NCBI GenBank assembly: GCA_040357565.1
Contig: JBDODJ010000053.1
Reading direction: 5' to 3' (one strand)
Length of the DNA stretch: 64,000 bases
From: Cercozoa sp. M6MM
Lineage: Eukaryota > Protista > Endomyxa: Ascetosporea
Made by a program: the position numbers and the translations under genes. Below the pieces are notes generated by a model. That model saw only the letters and a program-made list of their open reading frames with translations. It did no database searches and was not told the DNA's origin. The first letter of the stretch is position 1, and each line of letters begins with the position of its first letter. Shown in pieces: positions 42,001 through 59,296 of this stretch.

Positions 42001-45000
42001 AGGTGTCTTGGATAACCCTTTTGTTTTCCTGCAGGTGGCTCGTTCCTACCTGCGTGGTTTGACGCCGTACGAAGTCTTCTTCCACGTATTTAATCCATCC
42101 CGTGCTTTTGCAAACTGCGATATGTGCATGCTCTATGCCAACTGGAGCAGGCCATGGGTGGTCGTGAGGGTCTCGTCGATACTGCCGTGAAGACGGCCGA
42201 GACGGGCTACATCCAGCGACGTCTGGTCAAGGCGATGGAGGACGTCACTGTGTGCTACGACGGTACTGTGCGCAACAGTCTCGGCGGTATCATGCAGTTC
42301 CTCTACGGCGAGGTAGACTTTCTTTTCTTGTTGTCTTGGGTAGGGTTTCCGTGTATTATCCGCTATATACGCATAGGACGGCATGGACGGTGCTCACATT
42401 GAAGCGCAGAAGCTGGACATTATTACCATGAGGTACAGCGCACACAAACCCCAGTGTGAACTCCTTGGATTTGCATGTGCAGCGACGAGACATTCCGTCG
42501 CACGTTCCACTTCTCGCTTGACGAAGTCGAAGGCGCCTGCTCGCATAAGGTATGCTCGCTCCGTTTGTGCCACTGGTTGCGGTGTCCATGTTTACTGTGT
42601 GAAGGTGCGCCGACGCATCGAAACCGACGAGCGCGCACTCCAGGTACCACCACCACCGGGGTGCATGTATGAACACAAGTCACTCCCGCATTTGTGCTTG
42701 TGTTCCGCAGGACCTGGAAGACGAGTACGCGCAACTGCAGTTCGACCGAAAGCTGCTGCGCAAGGAGATCTGGCCGCTACTGGACCATTCGACAAAGGTG
42801 TACCTGCCGGTGAACCTGCGACGTCTAATCTGGAGTGCGCAGCGCAAGTACACCGACGAGTCCTTGTCCGCTGTCGACCCGGTCACCGTCATCCGGTAGC
42901 TGCCAACTTATTCACCTGGTCTCTCATCTCGTTTCTTGTGTGTATATCGGTCTCGTTGTAGGGCTGTGCGTGAGGTATGCGAAACCGCGCTCAACGTCGT
43001 GCCGCATGCGCGAACCAGGTGCGTGTCTTTCTGTGGTGTACCCTAGTGTGTCCCGGTCCAAGCATTTGCTGTGTGCAGCGACGACGAGTTGTCGAGCGAC
43101 GCACAACGCAACGCGACGCTGCTGTTCGCGATGCTGCTGCGATCCATCCTGTCCAGGTATTTATATCTCAACAGTAGTGTGTACCTCGTGTAACCCTGGG
43201 TGTCTGCAGTAAACGAGTGTGTCTGGAGTGGCGACTCACGCCGGATGGTACTTTTCTGTCAAGGTCAGTTTGTGTCGTCAATGGTCAATGTGTCACGTTC
43301 GTGCAATAGCGTTCAACTGGGTGCTGGGTTCCGTCCGCACGCAGGTACTTTCGTCTGTTCTTGTATTTACTTAGTAATTAATGTGTATGCTGCAGTTTGC
43401 GACGGCCCGCGCGCATGCTGGCGAAATGGTCGGCGTGCTTGCCGCTCAGAGTATCGGTGAACCCGTAAGGCTCTCTCGCTCTTCCCCTTGTGCTAGTGCT
43501 CGTGTCATTGTATGTGCATGTTGTACATGTAGGCCACGCAAATGACACTGAACACCTTCCACTTTGCCGGTACACTCGTGTGTTCCTCGATACCATAGAC
43601 TGTTGATTACGCTCGCACGGTGTGACAGGTTACTCCGGCAAGAACGTGACGCTCGGTGTGCCTCGTCTGCGCGAGTACTGCCTTTGTTCCGTAGTCCCTG
43701 TTTGAGTCCAATATGTTCTTGTGCCGTTGACAGACTGATCAACGTGGCCAAGACGATCAAGACGCCGTCATTGACGTATGCACTGCTGCATAATGTTCGT
43801 GGACAGTGAATTGAGTGTGATGCTGGCTTAGTGTGTACCTCACGCCTGAGTTCCGTCAAGACAAGAGCACTGCACATACCGTGCGTTTTACCTGTTGTAC
43901 GATATCTGCTCTTGCATGTGTTTCTGTTGATAGGTCGGTAACCGACTCGAGTTCGTGCGACTGGGCGACCTCGTGATCAAGACGCAGGTACTTTCTGTTC
44001 GTGCACCAACGTCTGCACTTGTGTACGTGTGTGCTTGTAGCTCTTCTACGACCCGGAGCCAGACAACTCGACCATCGTGCAGGATCGCAAGTGGTACCAA
44101 CGCTCGTCCGCCTGGCGTGAGTAAGTATCCACAGGTGTATTGCTGAACTGGCAGGCTGGAGGATGTGTTCGACCCGGATTTGCGCGCTGACGACGACATC
44201 AAACCTGAGGTACGTCGTACTTGTGTGTCTATGCTTGTGATGTCTGTTGAGCTTTGCCTATTGCAGGAACTGTCGCCGTGGCTGCTTCGTATCGAGTTGG
44301 ACATGCCGACGCGTGATTTCAAGGGTGCCTCTTACGTGTTTGTGTCTCCACGTCCTACCTGTGTACGTGTGTATGTCTGTCTTGTACAGGTCTCAGCAAC
44401 GCCATGATCGCTGACCGAATCAACACTGACTTCGACTCGCTCTTGTACTGATTTGCACATGCAGCACGCAGCTTTGTATCGTGTGTGTACGGCATGAGTA
44501 TATGTCGTTATGTAGGTACTGCGTGGCATCGCCCGACAACTACAAGAGCGCTGTGCTGCAGGTGCGCATGATCCAGCGCGACGAGGATACCGCCGAAGGC
44601 GCCATGGGTACGCACACGCTGTTCTTGCATAATGTACCAATGCGCATGCACACACACGCGCCCGTGCGCAGATGACGACGCTGATGATGTCGCATTGTTG
44701 AAGAAGATTGAGTCGCTCTTGTTGGACAAGATTGAACTGGCGGTGTGTTACTCCGTATATCACTCAGTTGCTGTGTGTTGTATCTTCTGCGTTTCAACAG
44801 GGTCTGCCCGGCATTGGCAAGGTGTTCACGCACGAGGAGACCACCTACGATGTACGTCACTTCCCATCCCTGTGTGTGTTTACTGGCAGCCCACTGTATA
44901 CCAGGTGGATCCAAAGACTGGTGGCATCGTTGAAGGCAAGGAAGTCGTTCTTGACACGGTACGCAGGCGTTTTGTTTTGTTTGATTATCGCATGTTTGCA

Positions 45001-46294
45001 ACACGTGCGGGTGAGTAGGAAGGCTGCCAGCTGCTGCGAGCACTTGCTATTGACGGTATTTGGATTGTTCACGGTGTTCCTGTACTTGTGTAGGTATCAT
45101 GATGTTTGTAATTCCCAAAGGTGTGGACCCTTACCGCACGAGAAGTAACGACATCAGCGAGATTCTCGAGGTACTCGTCAGGTGTGCCACTGCCTTGTGT
45201 GTCTCATTCTACGTGTCTGAAACAGGTTTTCGGTATTGAGGCTGCGCGCAAGGCGCTGTTTGACGAGATTCGACGTGTTATCTCGGTAGTCCCTCGTCTA
45301 TGTGGTTACGTATGTCTGTGTATGTGTTTGTATTTGTGTGCAGTTCGATGGTTCGTACGTGAACTACCGTCACCTGGCGATCCTCGTCGACGTCATGACG
45401 TGCGAGGGTCATCTCATGAGCATCACGCGCAACGGCATCAACGCACGTGAGACGGGCCCGCTGATGCGGTGCGTCTCAAATGTTTGATCTCTAGAGGATC
45501 GACTTTATTTCACACACTGCACAGCTGCTCATTCGAGGAGACCGTCGAAATTCTGATGGAGGCCGCTGCCTTTGCCGAGACTGACCACCTGCGGGTACCT
45601 TCTCTTTGCCTTGTGTGCGTGCGTGCGTGCGTGTGTGCGTTTGTGTGTCGATACGCATCCCTGCCTGTGCCGGTAGGGTGTGTCGGAGCGAATTATCCTG
45701 GGCCGCGTTGCTCCGGCGGGCACGGGTGTGTTCTCGATGGTGCTCGACATCGACTCACTCAAGAACGCCGTGCACATCGAGGCCAAGGAGGCCTGGGAGG
45801 CCGATATTGTAACGCACAGCTTTCTCGCCGCTTGCAGTTGTATTGTGTTCATGTTTGCCTTCCTTGTTTTGTTGCACACAGGCACTCGGCGGCGACCTGG
45901 CGGTGCGTGGCTTTGTTCCTATTCACCTTGGCGTTGGTGTCTTTGTATGTTTGTGAGAATTACAGGCCGCTGACGAGGCGTTGCGTGCGCTTTCGCCGGT
46001 GTACGATGCCTCTGGCGGCGCGGGTAAAGACATTGTGTGAGTGTGTATCATGCTGTATCATTGGTGTATTTGTGTGTCTGCAGGTGTGATGATGACGGAC
46101 GCTGCCATGGTTGGATCCTTCTCGCCGGTCGTGCAACATGGCGGTACGCATCAGTTCGGCGGTTCAGTTGGGTGGCAGTCAACCAGTCGAAATGTCTGTG
46201 TGCTTGTGTAGAAGCGGAGGGAGGACAAGCGGCATCGCCTGCTTACGTCGCCTCACCCGTACTCTTACTTGTAGCTGTGGCTGCCTGCGAGTAC

Positions 46295-46344
<50 letters not shown>

Positions 46345-46354
46345 NNNNNNNNNN

Positions 46355-46404
<50 letters not shown>

Positions 46405-47022
46405 CTTGTCTGTCGCAGGAATACGCACCGGCCTCTCCGTCCTACGAACCATCGGCGGCGTCGCCAGTACGCTGACATGTGCATCGAAGGCCAGGGTAGA
46501 TATGTGAGCATCCTGTGTTTGTGTAGGCGTACTCGCCTGCGTCGCCTGCCTACAATGCTGCGTCACCCGGCTACTCGCCCGTACATTTTGTCATGTTGTA
46601 ATTGCGTTAGTTGTGGAGTTCACTTAGACTTCGCCGGCGTATGAGGCAACATCGCCGGGCTACTCGCCAACCTCACCTGGTGCATACAGCTGGCATCTAG
46701 ATGTATATACGTGTGTGTGTGTGTGTGCGACGGTGTGAACAGGTTACAGTCCGACGTCGCCTGGGTACTCGCCCACGTCGCCTGGCTACTCGCCGGTACT
46801 GCTTGATCCTGAGAATGCAGTATTTGTTATACCTTTGGTTCGTGTTTATAAACAGACGTCGCCCGGATACTCTCCGACGTCGCCTGGTACTTTGTTTGGA
46901 AGCATGTGCGTGTGGACGTGATTGACGTGCTTTTGAATGACAGGTTACTCGCCAACCTCGCCTGGCTACTCGCCAACTTCGCCTGGCTACTCTCCAGTAG
47001 GCTGGCTGCCTTGTGTGTATGT

Positions 47023-47079
<57 letters not shown>

Positions 47080-47832
47080 TGTTTGTGTGTGTGTGTGTGG
47101 GGGTTCGATGCATGTGAGTGTATTCATGCTGTGCAGACGTCGCCTGGTTACTCACCGACTTCGCCTGGCTACTCACCCACATCGCCAGGTTACTCTCCGA
47201 CGTCACCTGGTAATTTCGCATTGAAATCCGATGTATGAACTAGGGTATGTGTACTTGTGTGCGCAGGGTACAGTCCTACCTCTCCTGGCTACAGTCCGAC
47301 CTCGCCTGGATACTCGCCAACGTCACCGGGCTATTCACCAACGTCTCCTGGTTACTCTCCGGTAACTCGGAGTCACAATGATACTTGTTTCAACCGATGG
47401 TGATACCACTTTGGTTTCAATAGACGAGTCCGGGCTACTCGCCGACCTCTCCTGGCTACTCACCGGTATCTCGTTTGGTGTACAGTTGCCCTGTCGCGTG
47501 TGATATCCGGTCACCGTAGACGTCGCCTGGGTACTCTCCGTCGTCGCCTGCGTACTCGCCCACGTCGCCTGGCTACTCACCGGTACCTGCTTGTGTCAGC
47601 ATGACGTTTACTCATGCACCATCTCATGCACACCATGTCTTGTCGCAGACGAGCCCGAACTACGCTCCCAGCGCGGCTTCCCCTACGTGCGTTCACTCTG
47701 TTCGTGTGCTTGGCGGTGACTGATGTGTGTGTGTTTCGTTGCAGGTACGATCCTCAGTCGCCTGCGTACGCCCCCGAAGGCGGCAAAGATGCTAGTAAGA
47801 AGACGCCCGAGTACGACCCATCGGCCATGTAG
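37261..47832 (+). CDS. RPB1: RNA polymerase II largest subunit, about 83 introns
   Basis: [16 protein letters not shown]...[94 protein letters not shown], heptad CTD YSPTSPG. Confidence 0.98.
46527..47662 (+). repeat. RPB1 CTD heptad array (YSPTSPG x19 plus degenerate heptads), intron-split
   Basis: The spliced translation gives 18 consecutive YSPTSPG, then [21 protein letters not shown]. Confidence 0.92.
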
Positions 47833-48823
47833 ACTGCAGAATCGAGTGCAGTGCCAACACCGACGCGCGGTGGCATGATCGCGCGAATGTAGCGAAGCCC
47901 GGCTCCGCTACGTGGCACAGACTTGGACGTCCGCGTTCCGACTTGCTTGCGTTCGTTGCAAAATATTAACGTAACTTATCGTATGTTACTGCACATTTTC
48001 AGTAATCATTGCTCTGACCCGTCCGCGTGGAGGTCATAACCTATGTCTCAACAAGTTTGAGACAAGGAAGAAGTTTAAGAGTGTTTGGCTTGATCTTGCC
48101 TGGACAGAGTCCTTGCAGAGAAGCAGAAAGCTCCGTCACGGCTTCAGCCTGGCGGAGTTTTTCTTTCATAAACGCATTGTTACGACCAAGGACGCCTTCC
48201 TTTGGTCGAGATCCAGTGGATCACTTCGAGACCCAGTAGGGGTATTTCACCTACAGTTCTAACGTTGACTCAACTGAGTGACGACTTATCTAATTGAATG
48301 ATTTATTTAGTCTCTCCTTTCCCTTACTGATTGGGCCATTGAGCCGCAGTAACACTTAATAATAAACTTCACCCGGTTCGACTCGGATCGTGTCCGGTCG
48401 TAGTCAGAAAAAACAGCCGACTGCATGCATACGCGATGCATGCCGTGCATGCCAAGGAATTTCGTTTATCAGCTTTTGCAGCTTAAAGAGGGGCTTTCTC
48501 TCGACCAGAGCTCTGCCCCTTCTTCTCCCTTCTTCTTTCTCTACTCAACTTCACGCCAACTCAATATAAATATCTGACGGGTGTCTTTCCCTTCTACAAG
48601 TGCGTTTGCCGCCCAACTAAACCGTTGGGGTATCTCCCTCCAAGAACATACTTTCTTACGTTCCTTAGTTTTTTAATATCAGGCATAGTACCCCCAATTT
48701 ACCAAGGCCTGCGGTAACAGGATTGAAATTGTCACGGCATCGCATATAGCGTTTACTGACGTTTGTCAGTGAGATACGGCGCGGACGGCATCTGTTTTAA
48801 ACGAAACTGAGTCGCTTGTTAGT

Positions 48824-48855
48824 ACAGACTGTCAGATCATGCAGTCTCCGCGGAG
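48824..48855 (-). repeat. Dispersed repeat, copy 2 (partial)
   Basis: ACAGACTGTCAGATCATGCAGTCTCCGCGGAG matches the 31.3-kb and 63.9-kb copies. Confidence 0.65.
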
Positions 48856-49293
48856 AAAGAGTTAAGAGTTTGTGGCTCTGCGGTACTGCTGCCTATAGAG
48901 CTGTCACCAAACTTGTCTGAAAGCCTGCCAGCCAGTGGCAAAAAAGAAACCCTCATCACCTTGGCATCAGCTGGTCAGGTGCTCTGCAGTCCGTACTGAT
49001 ACTCACCTCTACAAGTACGCATCTGCTGCTGTGCAACGTTAACTTCCCCGTGACGGACGAATCCGTCTAAGTTACGACTCCGTCTAGTTCGACGCAAGAA
49101 CCCAGTTAGGGTAATTCTTCACTTCGCTTCTTCAAACTGCAAATTTACATTTGATTCCTCGCTTCGTCTATTTGACGACTCACTTCTTTTATTTAGTTTT
49201 CGGTTCACTGAATTTAGCGTGAACGCTGCCTCCATGAAACAGACACGACACGATCGCAAGCAATTAGATGCGCCGGCGCCCGGCATGACATCA

Positions 49294-53021
<3,728 letters not shown>

Positions 53022-53215
53022 TATGCCACGAACTGACGCACTTTATGTCGCCCTATTCACAGTAAGCACAGCCCACAGCGGTTTAAGATCCTGTACTGTA
53101 CATTTACAATTCTATTTTGTTTAAAAAATTGGAGCGCTGGCAGTCTGGATCGTTTTGGACCAGATCGCGGCAGCGCAAGGCAGCACGCGGTGGTTCTCAG
53201 AGACGTGCTGGCACC
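53022..53215. promoter_or_regulatory. Putative bidirectional promoter POLE2/RPA1
   Basis: Only 194 bp between divergent start codons. Confidence 0.5.
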
Positions 53216-54172
53216 ATGGCGCAGGCAGCCGACCTAACCCGCGAGGTCGTCGGCCATGAGGTAGGCGATTAATTTTTTGTGTCAATCGCGCTGTGATCGG
53301 ACGCGCTGCTGGGGCCCAGCGTTTCGCAACTTCGTGTGATGTGTTGTGTTGTGGTTTTGCCCAGGTGACGGCCTTTGGGTTTGGCTTTTACAAACCAGAA
53401 GAAGTGCTGAAACTCGCCAAGGTCAAAATCACTGAGTCGCAGGTAAAGTTGTTCTTTATCTCCAGTTGTCTGTTCCTCTCCATGCATTTGTGTTGACAGT
53501 CGTTTGATGCGCTTGGCACGCCGGTTCCCAACGGTCTTTTTGATCCGCGCATGGGTACTCTGCCGCTGCCGTCTTTTTGAAGATTGTACTTGCTATGCTT
53601 TGTTTGTCTAGGCCCGATGGAGCGCTTCAGCAGCTGCATCACCTGTGGCCTTCCTGAGCACGAGTGCCCTGGACACATGGTACCCCTCTAACTGAATGAT
53701 ATTCTGTGTATTGCTCATGGCACTACACGCATAGGGTGCGATCGAGCTGGCCGCTCCGTGCTACAATCCGCTCACCTTTCAGGTCCGTGCTCTGGCTCAC
53801 CACATATTTTGTGTAATGCACGTGCTATGTGTTTTGTGTGCAGCTGATGTTGAAACTGCTGTCGCGCACGTGCTTGCAGTGCCATCGACTGGTACACAAA
53901 TGTTTTCCCATCTGTGCGCATGTGTATTGACTGCCGTTTGCGTTTGTTTTCCACAGCGTTTGCCGAAGGAAAAGTTGCGCAACATGCGGATGCGACTCGA
54001 GCTGATCGCACAAGGCCGCCTGTTGGAGGTACGGGACACCAGCGTCGCTTTGGTGTTGTGTCGGAAGTGATTGTCTGCTGTTTGCTGACAGGCATCGCAG
54101 CTGGTGTCGAAGCAAGGCGCCTCAGTTCTGGCCCGAATTGAGAAGTCCGAGGACGGCGAGGTACTACCCACG

Positions 54173-54242
<70 letters not shown>

Positions 54243-56200
54243 GTGTGTGTTACTGTGTGTGTTACTGTGTGTGTATGTGTGTGTGTGTGTGTGTGCGTCA
54301 CTCGTTGATCGGCAGGACATCGCGAGCAGCGACAGCGACGACAGCGACGACAGCGATGACGACAGCAGCAGCAGCAGCGACGACAGCGACAGCAGCGGCA
54401 GCGACGCTGACGACGAGAAGAAGATGGACGATGATGGTGCCACTCACTCCTACTTTGCTGCCCACCAGCGCTCATTTTCGTGAGTTGTGCAGAGAACGAG
54501 GTCCGTTCGGTGAACTGGAGCACGGCCACTCTCGGCAGCATGCAACAAGCGCGCAAGAACATTCTGCGCGACCTGCTGCGCTGCCCCGTCCCGCAGAAGT
54601 AAAACCATTTTCATGCATATTTCTTCACGCACTTGTTACTTGTTACCATGTTGTGACCGCAGGTGTCCGCACTGCTCGGAACCGGCGCGCACTCTGCGCA
54701 ACCACAAGACACTCAAGCTGTTCAAGCGCAAGCAGCGCGCTGCGGTATGTGGACTGTTTCTTTTTGCGTGTCTCTGTGGTGAGTAGGCACATGTTTGTTG
54801 TGCACAGATGGCCGGTCGAAGCAAGCGCTCGGACGAGTTCGAGCAGGTGTGCTGTTGTTTTCTCTGCACGGGTGTGTGCATTGCATTGTTGTGTTTGTAG
54901 GCCAAGGACCGTACGGCGGACCAGCTGATGCTGCCGAACGAGACGCGTGTCCACGTCCAGGAGATGTGGTACTCTTTTTTATACGGCTTGTGTCAATGAT
55001 CCCTGTGGGTGCGTGCTGTGTTGTCAGGCTTGCCGAAGGCGAGTTGTTGCGTCTGCTCTTCGCACGTCCTGCCAGGAAGCTCCTCGCCACCGCCAGTACT
55101 TCTATTGCAGCCTGTTTTTGAAGAGGGACTGATGGGGGAGTATCTGTTGTTGTGTAGGCGAGGCGGACGAGGAGGAGAACCCACTGGAAAACATGTTCTT
55201 CTTGTCGATCTTGGCTGTGCCGCCCGTTCGGTACTCCCTCCTATTTTTCGCCCGTGATATTTGCGAGACTGTCTTCTTTGTTCACAGCTACCGCCCGGCG
55301 TCTCAGATTGGCGATCGCACGGTGGAGCACGCCCAGAACACGTACCCAGTCAGTTTCCAGATGTGTTGATGTGTTTATGTTGTGTACCTGGCGCAGCTAC
55401 TTCCGCGAGATCCTGCAGTTGAACGAGGTACAACGAATGTTTTTTTTTGCCCTTCCGAATCGTGTTTTGTGAATATGAGTTGTATGTGTGCAGGAACTGA
55501 TGTCGATGCAACGTCGGATGCAAGACAAGGCTAAGGATGGTACTAAACACTTATGCTTGTTGATGGCGTTTGATGGTGCTTATCGTTTGCCCACAGGCGC
55601 GACACCGCAGTCGTCTACGCTGCACGCGCGTTTCGTGTCGACGTGGCTTGACTTGCAAGAACAGGTACTCGTGTCCTGTGTTGTAGTCGCAGTTGTCTAC
55701 CCCTATGCGTGAGCTTCTGCGTAGGTCAACTGCCTGATCGATTCGTCGAAGTCGACCAAGGGACTTTCTGCCGACAAGCTTACGCCCGGTATCCGTCAGG
55801 CGCTTGAGAAGAAGCAGGGCCTTTTCCGACAGAATATGATGGGTACTTTTGACCGCACCATTCTTTGCTCAGGTAAAGGGGTGCCGATTCTGTGCAGGCA
55901 AGCGTGTCAATTTTGCCGCTCGTTCTGTCGTCAACCCTGGTCTCTGGATCCACGCCGATGAGGTAAACGGGCATCCTTGACGTGGTGTGCTGTGCACTCT
56001 GGTTTGATTGCAGGTCGGTGTGCCTGAGCCGTTTGCCAAGAAGCTATCTTACCCGCAGCCCGGTATTCATGCGCCATTTCTCGCTGTTTGTGTTTGAGTG
56101 TATGGTGTCTTGTACGTGCCTGCAGTGACCGCGCACAACATGGCCGAGATGCGCCAGCGTGTCATTAACGGACCTGTATTGTTTATCTTTCCTCTCATGG

Positions 56201-56275
<75 letters not shown>

Positions 56276-59257
56276 GGACTGCCGAGACTGTTGGGACTGT
56301 TGGGACTGTTATGTGCGCAGAGCCAGCACCCGGGTGCCAACTTCGTCCAGGACGAGATGGGTCGTCAGGTTTCGCTCGACGGTACGTGTCTTAACCAGAT
56401 GCTTGTGTACACACACGTATATATGGTGGCACAGGCAAGTCTCGCAAGGAGCGTGTGGCCATCGCCGATGCACTCTTGTCGGTGCAGTCCTCCGTCGCTC
56501 GGTACCTTGGGTCTGTGTTGTCTGTTTGTGTTTGAACTGAGTCATGCCTTGTGTTCCCGTAGAGGCAACCGACAGAAAGTCGTGGGTCGCCACCTGCACG
56601 ACGGCGACGTTGTGCTGCTCAACCGTCAGCCGACGCTGCATCGCGCCTCGATTATGGCGCATCGCGTGCGTGTCCTGCGGTATGCCTCTTACGTGCTGGT
56701 GTTGCACCTTGTACCGTTTGTCTGTGTCCACAGCGGTGCCAATGTGATCCGTCTGCACTACACGAACTGCAACTCGTACAATGCCGATTTCGACGTACGT
56801 TCAGCGAGCTTAGGTTTTTTTGTGTCTGGACCCGTATTTCCCATGACAGGGTGACGAAATCAACATGCATTTTCCGCAAAACGAATTGGCACGTGCCGAG
56901 GGTTACCATATCGCGGCCACCAAACACCAGGTATCCCATGTCCGTCTTCTGCTGTGCACGAAGTGGTACGCGTCTGTCCTCGTGTAGTACGTCGGTGCTA
57001 AGGACGGCGAACCGCTGCGCAACCTCATGCAGGATCACGTTGTCGCTGGTGTCTCACTGACCCGCAGGTACCCCGTTTCATTTATGGCTTACACCTACAA
57101 CTAATGTGTTGCTGTGTAGGGATCGGTTCCTAACCAAGATGCAGTACATGCACCTCGTCAATGCCTGGTGCTCTTAGCTCCCCAGTTGTCCAACTTGATA
57201 TGACTGTACCTATTTAGTCTGGCCGCCCTGGACCAAGGCGACAGGCGTGTCACGATGGAGCCGCCTACGATTTGGTAAACACTGGCCACTTTGTTTTTTC
57301 CCGTTGCATGTATTGCATGCGCATAGGGTGCCGGAGCCGCTGTGGACGGGCAAGCAGCTCATCACGACGTTGCTCAACTTGCTGTCTGAGCGGTACCTCC
57401 AGCGTACCGATGAGGGGTTCCGTTGTATCTGTGTGTATTAATGCAGCTACGGCCGTTCGAGTGAGGGCGTTGTTTCCACCGTCACCATGAAGGTACCGTC
57501 CATCCCTTTCGGCTGGTGTGTGCACATCTGTGGGTGTGGGTGTGTAGGGCAAGGCCAAGACGGATCCCTCGATCTGGAACACCGTCAACCGCGAGAAGAC
57601 TGAGGAAGGCGTCATCATTGTAACTACTCCCTTGCTCGTGTACGTGAGCTGAAGCACCTTACTTGTGCTTCAATGTGTCTTTGCACAGGTGCGCCAGAAT
57701 GACTTCTTGACTGGTACTCACACCATGGCAAACACATTCGTATCTCTAACGTGTGCCTGTGCTTGCAGGTGTCATTGACAAGGGTACGATCGGTACGGCG
57801 AGCTTTGGTCTCGTGCACGCTGTGAACGAGTGCCTCGGTACTCTCTTCCTCCGACTGTGACTATATTTTGCATACATTATGACACCTGTGGTTTTCGGCA
57901 GGCACGAGTGCCTCCAGTGACCTGATCACGGCGCTGGGCCATATGCTTACGACGCACATGTACGCGCGTGGTACCTCGCGTCCTGACTCCACTGGGCCTT
58001 GCATCAGTATTCATACACGTGTGCCCAGGCCACACTGCGTCGATCGATGATCTCTTGCTGACGACGGGCACTGAGCAGTAAGTCCTCTTCATACAGTTAT
58101 GCGTCGACAATGATGGCTCGCTGTATGCTTACAGGAAGCGCCACGAGCATATCGTGCAGTCGCAGCGACTTGGTGCTTTGCCGTTACCAGGCATATCTGA
58201 GCCACTGATGCGCAGTGCATTTTTTGAGCAGGTGTCGACGTTGCTGCCAAGTTCACCGACACCGAGCAGGAGGTGCTGCGCAGTGCGGCGGATCGCAACG
58301 AGAGCGAGTTCCGCGCGCGTCTCGCGCTCAAGGCGCGCCTGTGCGAGGACCCGAACGGCGAGCAGGGCATGGACGGCGCCATGAAGGGCCGTTTGAACCC
58401 GATAACGTCGGGCATCATTGCTGACGCACTGCCGTTTGGCCAGGTACCCGCTTGTGTGAGGTGTCAACTGTGTTGTGGACTATTATGTGATGTAGCGCAA
58501 GACTTTCCCGGACAACAACTTCACGCTCATGATCGGCACGGGTGCCAAGGGTACTTTTTTTGTCTCTCATTACTTTTGCTTTGGAATGACGCTCACCTCC
58601 GCGCGAGTGTAGGCTCGCAAGTCAACATGTCGCAGATTGCGTGTTTGCTGGGTCAGCAGGTGCTTTTTCACCGCTTGTGTCTCATACGTTACCTGCACTT
58701 TGGCTTGATGTGCTTTTATTCCCAGGAACTCGAAGGCCATCGTGTGCCGCGCATGGCTTCGGTACTGCTTTGCTCTGTGGGCAAATATGTCATGCATTTC
58801 TGCTGGGCAGGGTAAGACTCTACCGTCATTCGCTCCGTACGACCCGTCCGCGCGTGCTGGTAGACTCAAGTCACGTTGTGTGTGTGATCGGTCTTCGCTA
58901 ACCTCTACCCTGCTGTGTTTTATGAAGGTGGTTACATCACGGATCGTTTCCTGTCGGGCATCCGTCCGCAGGAGTACTTCTTCCACTGCATGGCCGGTCC
59001 GTTTTTCTCAAATGTTTGCCCCGCGTGCGTGTGTGATGTGTCTCACTCTGTCTGCTGGTGTAGGTCGTGAGGGTCTCGTCGATACCGCTGTGAAGACGGC
59101 AAACTCGGGTTACCTGCAACGGTATGACCCACAATGACCTGTGGATGATGTGCTGCGCGTGCCTTTTCATCATGTACACTAAACGTCGGCTGCTTAGCTG
59201 TCTAATCAAGCACCTGGAGACTCTGTCGATGCAGTACGATGGCACTGGTACAGTCGG

Positions 59258-59296
<39 letters not shown>

